From an uncultured Nitrospiraceae bacterium (GTDB taxonomy: Bacteria > Nitrospirota > Thermodesulfovibrionia > Thermodesulfovibrionales > Dissulfurispiraceae): a DNA stretch of 64,000 nt. Each line of letters begins with the position of its first letter. The first letter of the stretch is position 1. Of the stretch, positions 20,328-29,080 are shown piece by piece. Location of the stretch: contig CAVPIW010000005.1 of assembly GCA_963705105.1 (NCBI GenBank), positions 32,001 through 96,000 of the forward strand. The letters are read 5' to 3'. The notes beneath the pieces were generated by a model. It saw nothing but the letters and a program-made list of their open reading frames with translations. It was not told where the DNA came from and ran no database searches. The translations under genes were made by a program, and so were the position numbers.

Positions 20328-21308
20328 TTGGGATCCATCGTCGTGACAGGCTGTTGCGGATTCATCGGGTACAAGGTCACCGACCTCCTCCTGGAAAGAG
20401 GCTACGGCGTCGTCGGCATCGACATCATGAACGATTACTATGACCCGAGGCTCAAGGAGCTGCGGCTGAGCCTGCTGAGAGGGAGGGACCGCACAGGCGC
20501 TTTCCACTTTCACCGGATCGACATCTCCGACCGGTCGGAAGTGAGAACGGTCTTTTCCAATCACGCCGTTGCCGGCGTCATCAATCTCGCCGCCCGGGCG
20601 GGAGTGCGCGCCTCCGTGGAAGACCCCTGGGCCTATCTCGACACCAATGTCAAGGGCACGCTGAATCTGCTCGAATGCTGCAGGGAGCACGGCGTCGGGA
20701 AGTTTGTCCTCGCCTCGACATCGAGCGTCTACGGTGACAACACCGACATCCCTTTCAGCGTCGACGACAGGACCGACCATCCCCTTGCCCCCTATTCGGC
20801 TACGAAAAAGGGCGCCGAGGTCCTCTGTTACAGTTATCATTACCTGTACGCGACGAATATCACGATTCCGCGTTATTTCACAGTCTACGGGCCCATGGGC
20901 CGCCCTGACATGAGCATTTTCCGCTTCATCAAGAACATCGACATGGGAAAAGCCATCCCCGTCTTCGGTGACGGCAGGCAGAAAAGGGACTTCACATACA
21001 TCGACGACATCGCCGAGGGCACGATCAGGTGCCTCAAGCCTGACGGGTACAATATATTCAATCTCGGCAATGACGGGCCCGTCGAATTGATGTATGTCAT
21101 CAACCTGATTGAAGAACACCTTGGACGGAAAGCGACCATAGAGTGGCTGCCTCTCCATCCCGCGGACATCACCGCAACCTGGGCGGACATAAATTCCTCA
21201 CGGCAGACCCTTGAGTGGTCCCCGACGGTGACAATCGAGGAAGGGGTCCTGAGAACGGTCGAATGGTACAGAAAAAATAGAGAGTTTGTTCAGAATTTAA
21301 CGGATTAA
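20328..21308 (+). CDS. NAD-dependent nucleotide-sugar epimerase
   Basis: VTGCCGFIG, LAARAGVR, YSATKK; TTG start after AAGGAG. Confidence 0.9.
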   Translation: MGSIVVTGCCGFIGYKVTDLLLERGYGVVGIDIMNDYYDPRLKELRLSLLRGRDRTGAFHFHRIDISDRSEVRTVFSNHAVAGVINLAARAGVRASVEDPWAYLDTNVKGTLNLLECCREHGVGKFVLASTSSVYGDNTDIPFSVDDRTDHPLAPYSATKKGAEVLCYSYHYLYATNITIPRYFTVYGPMGRPDMSIFRFIKNIDMGKAIPVFGDGRQKRDFTYIDDIAEGTIRCLKPDGYNIFNLGNDGPVELMYVINLIEEHLGRKATIEWLPLHPADITATWADINSSRQTLEWSPTVTIEEGVLRTVEWYRKNREFVQNLTD

Positions 21309-21326
21309 CAAGCGAGGAGGAATAGC

Positions 21327-21746
21327 ATGCAAAAGATACTGGTAGCTCACGACGGTTCGAAATCGTCCGACAAGGCCCTCAAGAAGGCTGTAGAATTGTC
21401 ATTGAGCCTTAACGCCTCCCTGACCGTCCTGTCGGTCGTTCCCGAGCTTTACCTCACTGAGCTCTCAGACTCGGACAGGAGCAGGATATTTGAGGCCCTC
21501 TCGAAGGAGACGACCGATGCGATGGAAAGGATCCGCAAGTCCCTGTCGGGCAAATCGATCGAAGTCAAAACGCTCGTGAGACAGGGTGACCCTGCCGAGA
21601 AGATACTCGAGACGGCGCAGAAGATGAAGGTCGACATGGTCGTCACGGGGTCGCACGGCCGGCATGGCACGAAGAAATTCCTTCTCGGAAGCGTCTCGTC
21701 CAAGATCATCGATTACTCGAAATGCCCGGTTCTCGTTGTGAAATAG
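21327..21746 (+). CDS. Universal stress protein
   Basis: ILVAHDGS, GSHG...LLGSVS, CPVLVV. Confidence 0.95.
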   Translation: MQKILVAHDGSKSSDKALKKAVELSLSLNASLTVLSVVPELYLTELSDSDRSRIFEALSKETTDAMERIRKSLSGKSIEVKTLVRQGDPAEKILETAQKMKVDMVVTGSHGRHGTKKFLLGSVSSKIIDYSKCPVLVVK

Positions 21747-21938
21747 AGTCTGTCCATAAAGTAAGCTTCAGCTGTCATTCCCGCAACCCCGCACTTGATG
21801 CGGGGGCGTCGGGAATCCTTCTGAAACAACGATTCCGGACAAGACATAATGTATTAACCCTGTCCACAAACTTAAGTGACGTGGGTTAAGCTTAAGTGAG
21901 GGCTGAAGCTCAGAGCCACAATTAAGGAGGGACAGGGT

Positions 21939-23075
21939 ATGAAGAATTATAGCAAGTATGTCGGGCTTGATGTCCATAAGGAACGGATCCAGGTAGCGAT
22001 TGCGACGGCAGGCAGAGGCGAGCCGATGTTCTACGGTGAGATCGACAACAGGCCTGAGGCGATCAGGAGATTGGTCAAGAAGATCGCGAATGGTGGGGAC
22101 GTGTTGTATTGTTATGAGGCGGGTCCGTGCGGCTATGGGACGTATCGTCAACTGAGGGAGCTTGGCTATGCCTGCGAGGTGGTTGCGCCCTCGCTTATAC
22201 CGAGGAAGGCGGGCGATCGAGTTAAGACGGACCGCCGGGACGCGGTGAGCTTGGCAGGATTGCTGAGGGCGGGGCAACTGACGGCAGCATGGGTGCCTGA
22301 TGCTGAGCAGGAGGCGATCCGCGACTTGACGCGGATTCGTTTGGACATGAAGGCAGTGGAACGGCACTTTCGGCAGCGGCTGGGGGCGTTTCTGCTCAGA
22401 CATGGAAAGCTCTATCCGGGCAAGAGCCCGTGGACGCAGGCTCATTTTCGGTGGCTGGAGGGCCTGAAGTTTGACAGCGCTGTGCAGCAGATTGTTTTTC
22501 AGGAATATGTCGACGCTGTGGTGCAGGCAGGGCAGCGAGTCAAGGCGATTGAAGAGGAAATGCGACGGGCTCTGGAGACGTGGTCGCTGGCGCCGGTGGT
22601 CACAGCGCTGATGGCATTGCGGGGGCTGAAGATCGTGGGAGCGATGACGGTGGTGGCGGAACTCGGCGATGTGACCCGTTTCAGCAATGCGTCTCAGCTG
22701 ATGGCGTATCTCGGTCTGGTGCCCAGCGAGCATTCCAGCGGGGCGAAGCGGAGTCGAGGCGGGATCACCAAGGCAGGCAACGGGCATGCGCGGCGAATCC
22801 TGATCGAGGCTGCGTGGTGCTACCGGTTTCCCGCACGCAAGACGGCGGTGCTGCAGCGGCGGGCGGAGAAGACCTCTCCGGGGGTGCAGTCGATTGCGTG
22901 GAAGGCTCAGAAGCGGTTGTGCATGCGCTATCAACATCTCCTGCTGCGGGGAAAGCGGCCAGTGGAAGCCTGCACGGCGGTTGCCCGTGAGCTCGCTGGC
23001 TTCATCTGGGCGATTGTCTGTGAGGTCATGTCTGGCGCACCCGGACGCAGTGTGCTCGTCGCCGCAGCGAGCTGA
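21939..23075 (+). CDS. IS110-family DEDD recombinase/transposase
   Basis: YVGLDVHK, YEAG, KTDRRDA, GLVPSEHSSG. Confidence 0.96.
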   Translation: MKNYSKYVGLDVHKERIQVAIATAGRGEPMFYGEIDNRPEAIRRLVKKIANGGDVLYCYEAGPCGYGTYRQLRELGYACEVVAPSLIPRKAGDRVKTDRRDAVSLAGLLRAGQLTAAWVPDAEQEAIRDLTRIRLDMKAVERHFRQRLGAFLLRHGKLYPGKSPWTQAHFRWLEGLKFDSAVQQIVFQEYVDAVVQAGQRVKAIEEEMRRALETWSLAPVVTALMALRGLKIVGAMTVVAELGDVTRFSNASQLMAYLGLVPSEHSSGAKRSRGGITKAGNGHARRILIEAAWCYRFPARKTAVLQRRAEKTSPGVQSIAWKAQKRLCMRYQHLLLRGKRPVEACTAVARELAGFIWAIVCEVMSGAPGRSVLVAAAS

Positions 23076-23342
23076 TGGCGGTGGTTCGCCAAGGAATGGC
23101 ATGATAAAACCAGCTATAACCATGGTCATGAGATGGAACGGGCATGAGGTGTTGTCTTGGAGAATCCTCGCTTCCGGCATGAGGCTCCTAAAAGGATGAT
23201 CCTCGATACAAGACAGAGGCAACTCCGCGACGAAGACAAGTCATGCGGTAACCAACCCGCGCATATCAGCATGATCAACCGTCGCTGTGCACCTCATGCC
23301 CACACAATGCCATTAAACACACGAGCCTCACCGAGGACTCTT
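23076..23342 (+). ncRNA. Candidate bridge/seek RNA region of IS110 copy 1
   Basis: Stem-loops flanked by TTCCGGC and ACAAG (target matches) and CATATCAG (donor match). Confidence 0.65.
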
Positions 23343-23505
23343 GACAGGGTTAATACATATCAGCCGGAATGACAAATATACTGCACGTCATGAGTTTGTG
23401 GACAGACACTAAATAAGGAACCAGCGGCGTAACGACGGGGCACACAACAAGGCGCAGCATATCAGGAAGGGAAGCGGCTCAGTCATTACGAGCCGGCGAG
23501 ATACT

Positions 23506-24105
23506 TTAGAACAATTCCCTGAGGGTCTCTCGGGAAAGCTTTTCGATTTCCCGGTGAAGGCTGTTTCCGTGGGTGTCCATGGTGACGATGACCGGGAAAT
23601 CCTCGATCTCAAGCATCCACATCGCCTCGGGCTCGCCGAATTCCTCGGCCTTCCAGACATCAACGACCGCCTTTATCCTGTCCGCCAGGTAAGCGGCGGC
23701 GCCGCTGATCGTGTGGAGGTAGACGGAGCCGCACTCCATCAGGGCTTCAAGCGTTTTCTCTCCCATTCCGCCCTTCCCGATAATACCGGTTATGCCGTAT
23801 GTCCTGATGACGTCCGCCTCGTACAGTTCGACCCTCATGCTCGTCGTCGGCCCGGCGGCGATCAGCTTGTAGGAATCGTCGGTCTTCCGGATTATGGGGC
23901 CGCAGTGGTAAATGGTCCCTCCTGCAAGGTCGAAGGGAATTTCGTCCTTCCGGGGCCTTTCATGGGCGAGGAACTTGTGCACCCTGTCCCTGCCCGTGAC
24001 GATCATACCGCTCAGGAGGAGCATGTCACCCACCCGCAGCTCCCGGGCGAGCCCCTTCAACTCGTCGGTCCTGATTCTTCTCGTTCCCGCCGTGGTCATC
24101 GTCAC
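23506..24105 (-). CDS. Class I fumarate/tartrate hydratase beta subunit
   Basis: TGRD, YHCGP, AGPTTS.R, IGKGG, MDTHG. Confidence 0.92.
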   Translation of the reverse strand: MTMTTAGTRRIRTDELKGLARELRVGDMLLLSGMIVTGRDRVHKFLAHERPRKDEIPFDLAGGTIYHCGPIIRKTDDSYKLIAAGPTTSMRVELYEADVIRTYGITGIIGKGGMGEKTLEALMECGSVYLHTISGAAAYLADRIKAVVDVWKAEEFGEPEAMWMLEIEDFPVIVTMDTHGNSLHREIEKLSRETLRELF

Positions 24106-24152
24106 AGACCTCCCATCGATGCCTTGCCCGTCATTACCGTTACCTTAACCTG

Positions 24153-24349
24153 GGACCTCCGGAAAGGCGGGGCGAAGATGCCGAAAAGCCTCGGTGCTGC
24201 GAAACCTGTGCCTTCCCGTACAGATCATGTCAGGCAGATGGTGGATCACAGGAACGATGAATTCCCGGTACACCAATAATAAACGATCATTCTCGCTGTC
24301 AGCGAGGCTTTGAGGCGCTTCGTCCCGCCTTTTCATTGCAAATGGAAGG
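24153..24349. repeat. Dispersed inverted-repeat element (family A)
   Basis: Same arms; lies between hydratase alpha and beta genes. Confidence 0.8.
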
Positions 24350-24350
24350 A

Positions 24351-25214
24351 TTACCACATGAGCCTCCCTCGCCGGTGGGCCCAGCAGGAAAATGTGACGT
24401 CAACGAAGTAGGATGCGGGGTGACGGTGGGCAAAGTCGACCTTTACGCCGATCGAAGTCGTCACGCCGCCGAACCCTGCAACACCGATACCGAGCGCGTT
24501 GACCTCCCTGAGCACCTGCTGCTCGAAGGCGGCGATCCGGGGGTCGGGATGGGCGTCGTGAAGTCTCCGCAGGAGCTGCCTCTTGGAAAGGCTTGTCACC
24601 TGATCCTTGGCGCCGCCGACGGTCACCGCGATGGTGTATGGGGGGCACCCTTTCCCCTGGGCCTTCAGCACCGCGTCGAGCACGCACATGCGGACACCGT
24701 TCAGATCCCTCTCGGCGACGTGACCGGCCTCTCCGAAGCTGTCGACGGACGCAGGGAGTTTGTAGATCTGGCCGAGGTTCTCGGACCCTCCCCCCTTCAG
24801 CATCAGGTCCACGGTGAGGGTACTGTCGACCGTCTCCTCCACATGGATGATCGGGAAATGATTGCCCACATTGTCGCCGCTGTTCGTGTCGGAGACGATA
24901 TCGACGGCGTTCGCCCGAAGCGGTATTTTTCGCGTTGCCAGTCGGGTGGCGTCGATGATGATGTCACGGATATGCTGATGCCCCAGTCCCGGGGGCACTT
25001 TCACGTAAAATACCGGGAATCCGGTGTCCTGGCAGATGGGCCGCGAGGTCGTTCTTGCAAGGGATACGTTCTGGAGCATAATGCTCAAAGACTTCTGCGC
25101 GAGCTCATTCGTCTCGTTCTCGTAGGCCTGCTTCAGGGCCTTTTCAACGTCGTTCGGGATCGACGTGGCAACCTTCCTGTACAACTCGACGATTCCTTCC
25201 CGCAGCTTCAGCAA
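24351..25214 (-). CDS. Class I fumarate/tartrate hydratase alpha subunit
   Basis: PICQDTG, KGGGSEN, GCPP, HPAS, CWAHR. Confidence 0.93.
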   Translation of the reverse strand: MLKLREGIVELYRKVATSIPNDVEKALKQAYENETNELAQKSLSIMLQNVSLARTTSRPICQDTGFPVFYVKVPPGLGHQHIRDIIIDATRLATRKIPLRANAVDIVSDTNSGDNVGNHFPIIHVEETVDSTLTVDLMLKGGGSENLGQIYKLPASVDSFGEAGHVAERDLNGVRMCVLDAVLKAQGKGCPPYTIAVTVGGAKDQVTSLSKRQLLRRLHDAHPDPRIAAFEQQVLREVNALGIGVAGFGGVTTSIGVKVDFAHRHPASYFVDVTFSCWAHRRGRLMW

Positions 25215-25321
25215 CGTCCCATCTCCATCCTTCCTGAGTGGTTTTCCCTTGCAGTTGCATCAAAAGGCAGGGCAGGCGCGACCGATAAGTCCGCGCTTGT
25301 TCATTATACCACAGAACCTGT

Positions 25322-25747
25322 TCACCTGGCCGGGCGCTGCTCGCCCCCCCTCGCAGGCATTCTGCGACCATGCCAGAGGGGCCGGTACTGCTTGTCGCGC
25401 ATCACCGTCACCCTGCCGCCCGGCATGTCCCGTATCTCCTTGGCCAGAAGATACACGTTGCCGTCATTGCCGAAATACTTGGACCCCCTCGCCTCGATTT
25501 CCATCCCCTTCCCGTAAAGGGCCGACTCCTGCATGAGGTACCAGGGCGGCGCCGTCACGATGAGGTAGGTCCTGCCTGCATGCTGCACCCTCAGGATCAG
25601 GGGGCCCCTCGTTTCCCTGCCGGCATCCATGATGACGCCACGTACCGTTATCTCGGTATTTTCGTCATACCCTTCGGTGAAGTCTCCTTCCGCCCAAAGG
25701 GGAGTCGCAAACAGCAGGAGTGAAAAGACTAGTCCGAAACACCCCAT
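25322..25747 (-). CDS. Exported hypothetical protein
   Basis: Signal peptide-like N-terminus, APPWY, G.PLW-like motif. Confidence 0.7.
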   Translation of the reverse strand: MGCFGLVFSLLLFATPLWAEGDFTEGYDENTEITVRGVIMDAGRETRGPLILRVQHAGRTYLIVTAPPWYLMQESALYGKGMEIEARGSKYFGNDGNVYLLAKEIRDMPGGRVTVMRDKQYRPLWHGRRMPARGGEQRPAR

Positions 25748-25785
25748 GACCAGAGGAACGTCGTCTCCCGGACGACAACATTCCT

Positions 25786-25819
25786 GCAAATTTTGCATAA
25801 TCTGCGCAAACTTTGCATA
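25786..25819. promoter_or_regulatory. Tandem palindromic sites, candidate enhancer for a sigma-54 activator
   Basis: GCAAATTTTGCATA and GCAAACTTTGCATA, 20 bp apart start to start. Confidence 0.5.
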
Positions 25820-25836
25820 TCCGCTACAATCGTTTC

Positions 25837-27177
25837 TCAAAGGTCGATCCCGTATTCCTTTATCTTGTATTGAAGCGCTCTCACCGATATGCCGAGGAGC
25901 TCCGCTGCACCCCTCCGGTTTCCCCTTGTCGTTCTGAGGGCCTTTTCTATGGCCGCCTTTTCCATGGTCTTCAGATCGATAAGCATGTTCGGTGCCACTT
26001 CCGGTTCCGGGGCCCGGATCTCCAGCGCAGGCAGAACGATCTCCCTTCCCCTGCTCACGATTATGGCGCGCTCCAGCACGTTCTCCAGTTCACGAATGTT
26101 CCCCGGCCAGTGATAATGCATCAGCCTGTCAAGAGAATCAGCGGAAAGCGTCACCCCTTCCTTTCCCAGCCTCGCCGACAGCTTCTGCAGGAGGAAATGC
26201 GCGACCGTGGCGATGTGATCCCTTCGTTCCCTTAACGGCGGTATATGGACAGGGAAGACATTGAGCCGGTAGTAAAGATCCTCCCTGAACGTGTGATCTT
26301 CGACCATCGATCTCAAATCCCTGTTCGTCGCGGCGATGACCCGCGCATTCGTTCTGATCGGCGTGAGCGACCCGAGACGCTCGAAAGTCCTCTCCTGGAG
26401 TACCCTGAGGAATTTCGCCTGCACGGACAGGCTCATCTCCGTCACCTCATCAAGAAAGACAGTGCCGTCCTGGGCGATCTCGAAACGGCCCTGTTTGCGC
26501 GAAAGGGCGCCCGTAAAGGCCCCGCGTTCATGACCGAAAAGCTCCGATTCGAGGAGGCTTTCAGGGATAGCCGCGCAGTTGATCTCTATGAAGGGACCTT
26601 TTCTGCCGCTCAGGTGGTGGATGACCCGCGCAACGAGGCTCTTGCCTGTGCCCGTCTCCCCGGAAAGGATGACCGTCGCATCCGTCGTCGCGACTTCCCT
26701 GATCTCTCCGAGCGTCTCCTCCATACCCACAAAGACAATGTCGAGGGGAGGCGTATCTCCGAGGGCGTCCGATTTCAGGAACCGGTTCTCCGCCGTCAGG
26801 CGCTGCCTTTCATAGATCCTCAGGACTGTGATCCGGAGCTGCTCAGGATCGCGGAGCGGCTTCGTGATATAGTCGGCGGCGCCCATCTTCATCGCCGATA
26901 CAGCCGTCTCGACGGTGGCAAAGGCCGTCATCATGATGACGTCGCATTCGGCATTCCTCTTCTTGACCTCCTCCATGAAGCGGATCCCGTCCATGCCCGG
27001 CATTTTGAGATCAGTGATGACGAGGTTCGGATTGAACTGTTCTAAGGTCCTGAGGGCCGCCACGGCATCGGTCATTCCCTCCACGTGGTACCCCTCATCC
27101 TCGAGGACGCTCCTGAGGAGAGTGACGAAGGCCCTCTCGTCATCGACGATGAGTATCCGGAAGCTCTCTCTGCTCAT
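25837..27177 (-). CDS. Sigma-54-dependent response regulator (ZraR/AtoC-like)
   Basis: REC, GETGTGKS, GAFTGA, HTH. Confidence 0.94.
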   Translation of the reverse strand: MSRESFRILIVDDERAFVTLLRSVLEDEGYHVEGMTDAVAALRTLEQFNPNLVITDLKMPGMDGIRFMEEVKKRNAECDVIMMTAFATVETAVSAMKMGAADYITKPLRDPEQLRITVLRIYERQRLTAENRFLKSDALGDTPPLDIVFVGMEETLGEIREVATTDATVILSGETGTGKSLVARVIHHLSGRKGPFIEINCAAIPESLLESELFGHERGAFTGALSRKQGRFEIAQDGTVFLDEVTEMSLSVQAKFLRVLQERTFERLGSLTPIRTNARVIAATNRDLRSMVEDHTFREDLYYRLNVFPVHIPPLRERRDHIATVAHFLLQKLSARLGKEGVTLSADSLDRLMHYHWPGNIRELENVLERAIIVSRGREIVLPALEIRAPEPEVAPNMLIDLKTMEKAAIEKALRTTRGNRRGAAELLGISVRALQYKIKEYGIDL

Positions 27178-27239
27178 GTCGTTATTATTGGCGCAGTCGT
27201 TTGTAAAGACTCAATCGATATGTGATTCTGTCATTCCGG

Positions 27240-28761
27240 CTGATATGTATTAACCCTGTCAAGAGTCCTCGGTGAGGCTCGTGTGTTTAATGGCATTGTG
27301 TGGGCATGAGGTGCACAGCGACGGTTGATCATGCTGATATGCGCGGGTTGGTTACCGCATGACTTGTCTTCGTCGCGGAGCTGCCTCTGTCTTGTATCGA
27401 GGATCATCCTTTTAGGAGCCTCATGCCGGAAGCGAGGATTCTCCAAGACAACACCTCATGCCCGTTCCATCTCATGACCATGGTTATAGCTGGTTTTATC
27501 ATGCCATTCCTTGGCGAACCACCGCCATCAACTCGCTGCGGCGACGAGCACACTGCGTCCGGGTGCGCCAGACATGACCTCACAGACAATCGCCCAGATG
27601 AAGCCAGCGAGCTCACGGGCAACCGCCGTGCAGGCTTCCACTGGCCGCTTTCCCCGCAGCAGGAGATGTTGATAGCGCATGCACAACCGCTTCTGAGCCT
27701 TCCACGCAATCGACTGCACCCCCGGAGAGGTCTTCTCCGCCCGCCGCTGCAGCACCGCCGTCTTGCGTGCGGGAAACCGGTAGCACCACGCAGCCTCGAT
27801 CAGGATTCGCCGCGCATGCCCGTTGCCTGCCTTGGTGATCCCGCCTCGACTCCGCTTCGCCCCGCTGGAATGCTCGCTGGGCACCAGACCGAGATACGCC
27901 ATCAGCTGAGACGCATTGCTGAAACGGGTCACATCGCCGAGTTCCGCCACCACCGTCATCGCTCCCACGATCTTCAGCCCCCGCAATGCCATCAGCGCTG
28001 TGACCACCGGCGCCAGCGACCACGTCTCCAGAGCCCGCCGCATTTCCTCTTCAATCGCCTTGACTCGCTGCCCTGCCTGCACCACAGCGTCGACATATTC
28101 CTGAAAAACAATCTGCTGCACAGCGCTGTCAAACTTCAGGCCCTCCAGCCACCGAAAATGAGCCTGCGTCCACGGGCTCTTGCCCGGATAGAGCTTTCCA
28201 TGTCTGAGCAGAAACGCCCCCAGCCGCTGCCGAAAGTGCCGTTCCGCTGCCTTCATGTCCAAACGAATCCGCGTCAAGTCGCGGATCGCCTCCTGCTCAG
28301 CATCAGGCACCCATGCTGCCGTCAGTTGCCCCGCCCTCAGCAATCCTGCCAAGCTCACCGCGTCCCGGCGGTCCGTCTTAACTCGATCGCCCGCTTTCCT
28401 CGGTATAAGCGAGGGCGCAACCACCTCGCAGGCATAGCCAAGCTCCCTCAGTTGACGATACGTCCCATAGCCGCACGGACCCGCCTCATAACAATACAAC
28501 ACGTCCCCACCATTCGCGATCTTCTTGACCAATCTCCTGATCGCCTCAGGCCTGTTGTCGATCTCACCGTAGAACATCGGCTCGCCTCTGCCTGCCGTCG
28601 CAATCGCTACCTGGATCCGTTCCTTATGGACATCAAGCCCGACATACTTGCTATAATTCTTCATACCCTGTCCCTCCTTAATTGTGGCTCTGAGCTTCAG
28701 CCCTCACTTAAGCTTAACCCACGTCACTTAAGTTTGTGGACAGGGTTAATACATTATGTCT
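27240..28761 (-). mobile_element. IS110-family (IS1111-type) insertion sequence, copy 2, 1522 bp
   Basis: Near-identical inverted copy of 21842-23363; same REP target GTCATTCCGG[CT]TGTCCGGAATC. Confidence 0.93.
27528..28664 (-). CDS. IS110-family DEDD recombinase/transposase
   Basis: Matches copy 1 except V->A in MKA(V/A)ERH. Confidence 0.96.
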   Translation of the reverse strand: MKNYSKYVGLDVHKERIQVAIATAGRGEPMFYGEIDNRPEAIRRLVKKIANGGDVLYCYEAGPCGYGTYRQLRELGYACEVVAPSLIPRKAGDRVKTDRRDAVSLAGLLRAGQLTAAWVPDAEQEAIRDLTRIRLDMKAAERHFRQRLGAFLLRHGKLYPGKSPWTQAHFRWLEGLKFDSAVQQIVFQEYVDAVVQAGQRVKAIEEEMRRALETWSLAPVVTALMALRGLKIVGAMTVVAELGDVTRFSNASQLMAYLGLVPSEHSSGAKRSRGGITKAGNGHARRILIEAAWCYRFPARKTAVLQRRAEKTSPGVQSIAWKAQKRLCMRYQHLLLRGKRPVEACTAVARELAGFIWAIVCEVMSGAPGRSVLVAAAS

Positions 28762-29050
28762 TGTCCGGAATCTTTCTTAACCTTAATGTTGCATACGCCG
28801 GACCGGAAAGGCGGGGCGTATGCGCCGAAAACCTTGCTGCGGCGACACCTATATCAAAACGCATGCTGAACTATACTTTCATAGTCGATAACACAAAGAG
28901 TGGAATCCTGAAACACGAACCTGACGAGGCGTATCGTCGCCTTCAGCAAGGCTTTGAGGCGTTTCGCCCCGCCTTTCTATGTAACGACAAAGTTAAGGTT
29001 CAAAAGGATTCCCGACGCCCCCGCTCAGTGGCGGGGTTGCGGGAATGACG
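28762..29050. repeat. REP-like palindrome pair enclosing a family A element
   Basis: GTTGCATAC..GGAAAGGCGGGGCG ... CGCCCCGCCTTTCTATGTAAC, then GGATTCCCGAC...GCGGGAATGAC. Confidence 0.85.
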
Positions 29051-29080
29051 AACTGTGTGGCCTTGCTTGAAATCTCTTCA

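Larger units (their letters stand above)
21842..23363 (+). mobile_element. IS110-family (IS1111-type) insertion sequence, copy 1, 1522 bp
   Basis: Perfect 16-bp subterminal IR ATGTATTAACCCTGTC (21849-21864 / 23343-23358); AG core at both ends; long 3' non-coding region. Confidence 0.93.
21744..23411. repeat. Outer 17-bp inverted repeat enclosing a REP-like pair and IS110 copy 1
   Basis: TAGAGTCTGTCCATAAA (21744) vs TTTGTGGACAGACACTA (23395); inner GTCATTCCCGC...GGGAATC and GATTCCGGAC..GCCGGAATGAC. Confidence 0.7.

Noticed and set aside
21768..23222. Long antisense ORFs over the IS110 transposases (also 27423..29048) and short ORFs in the IS 3' region
   Set aside because: Shadow frames of GC-rich coding DNA with no recognisable motifs; the 3' region is better explained as structured RNA
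23364..27239. Inversion or composite transposon between the inverted IS110 copies
   Set aside because: The outer IR around copy 1 still pairs, and the kinase and regulator around copy 2 remain collinear, so these are independent insertions
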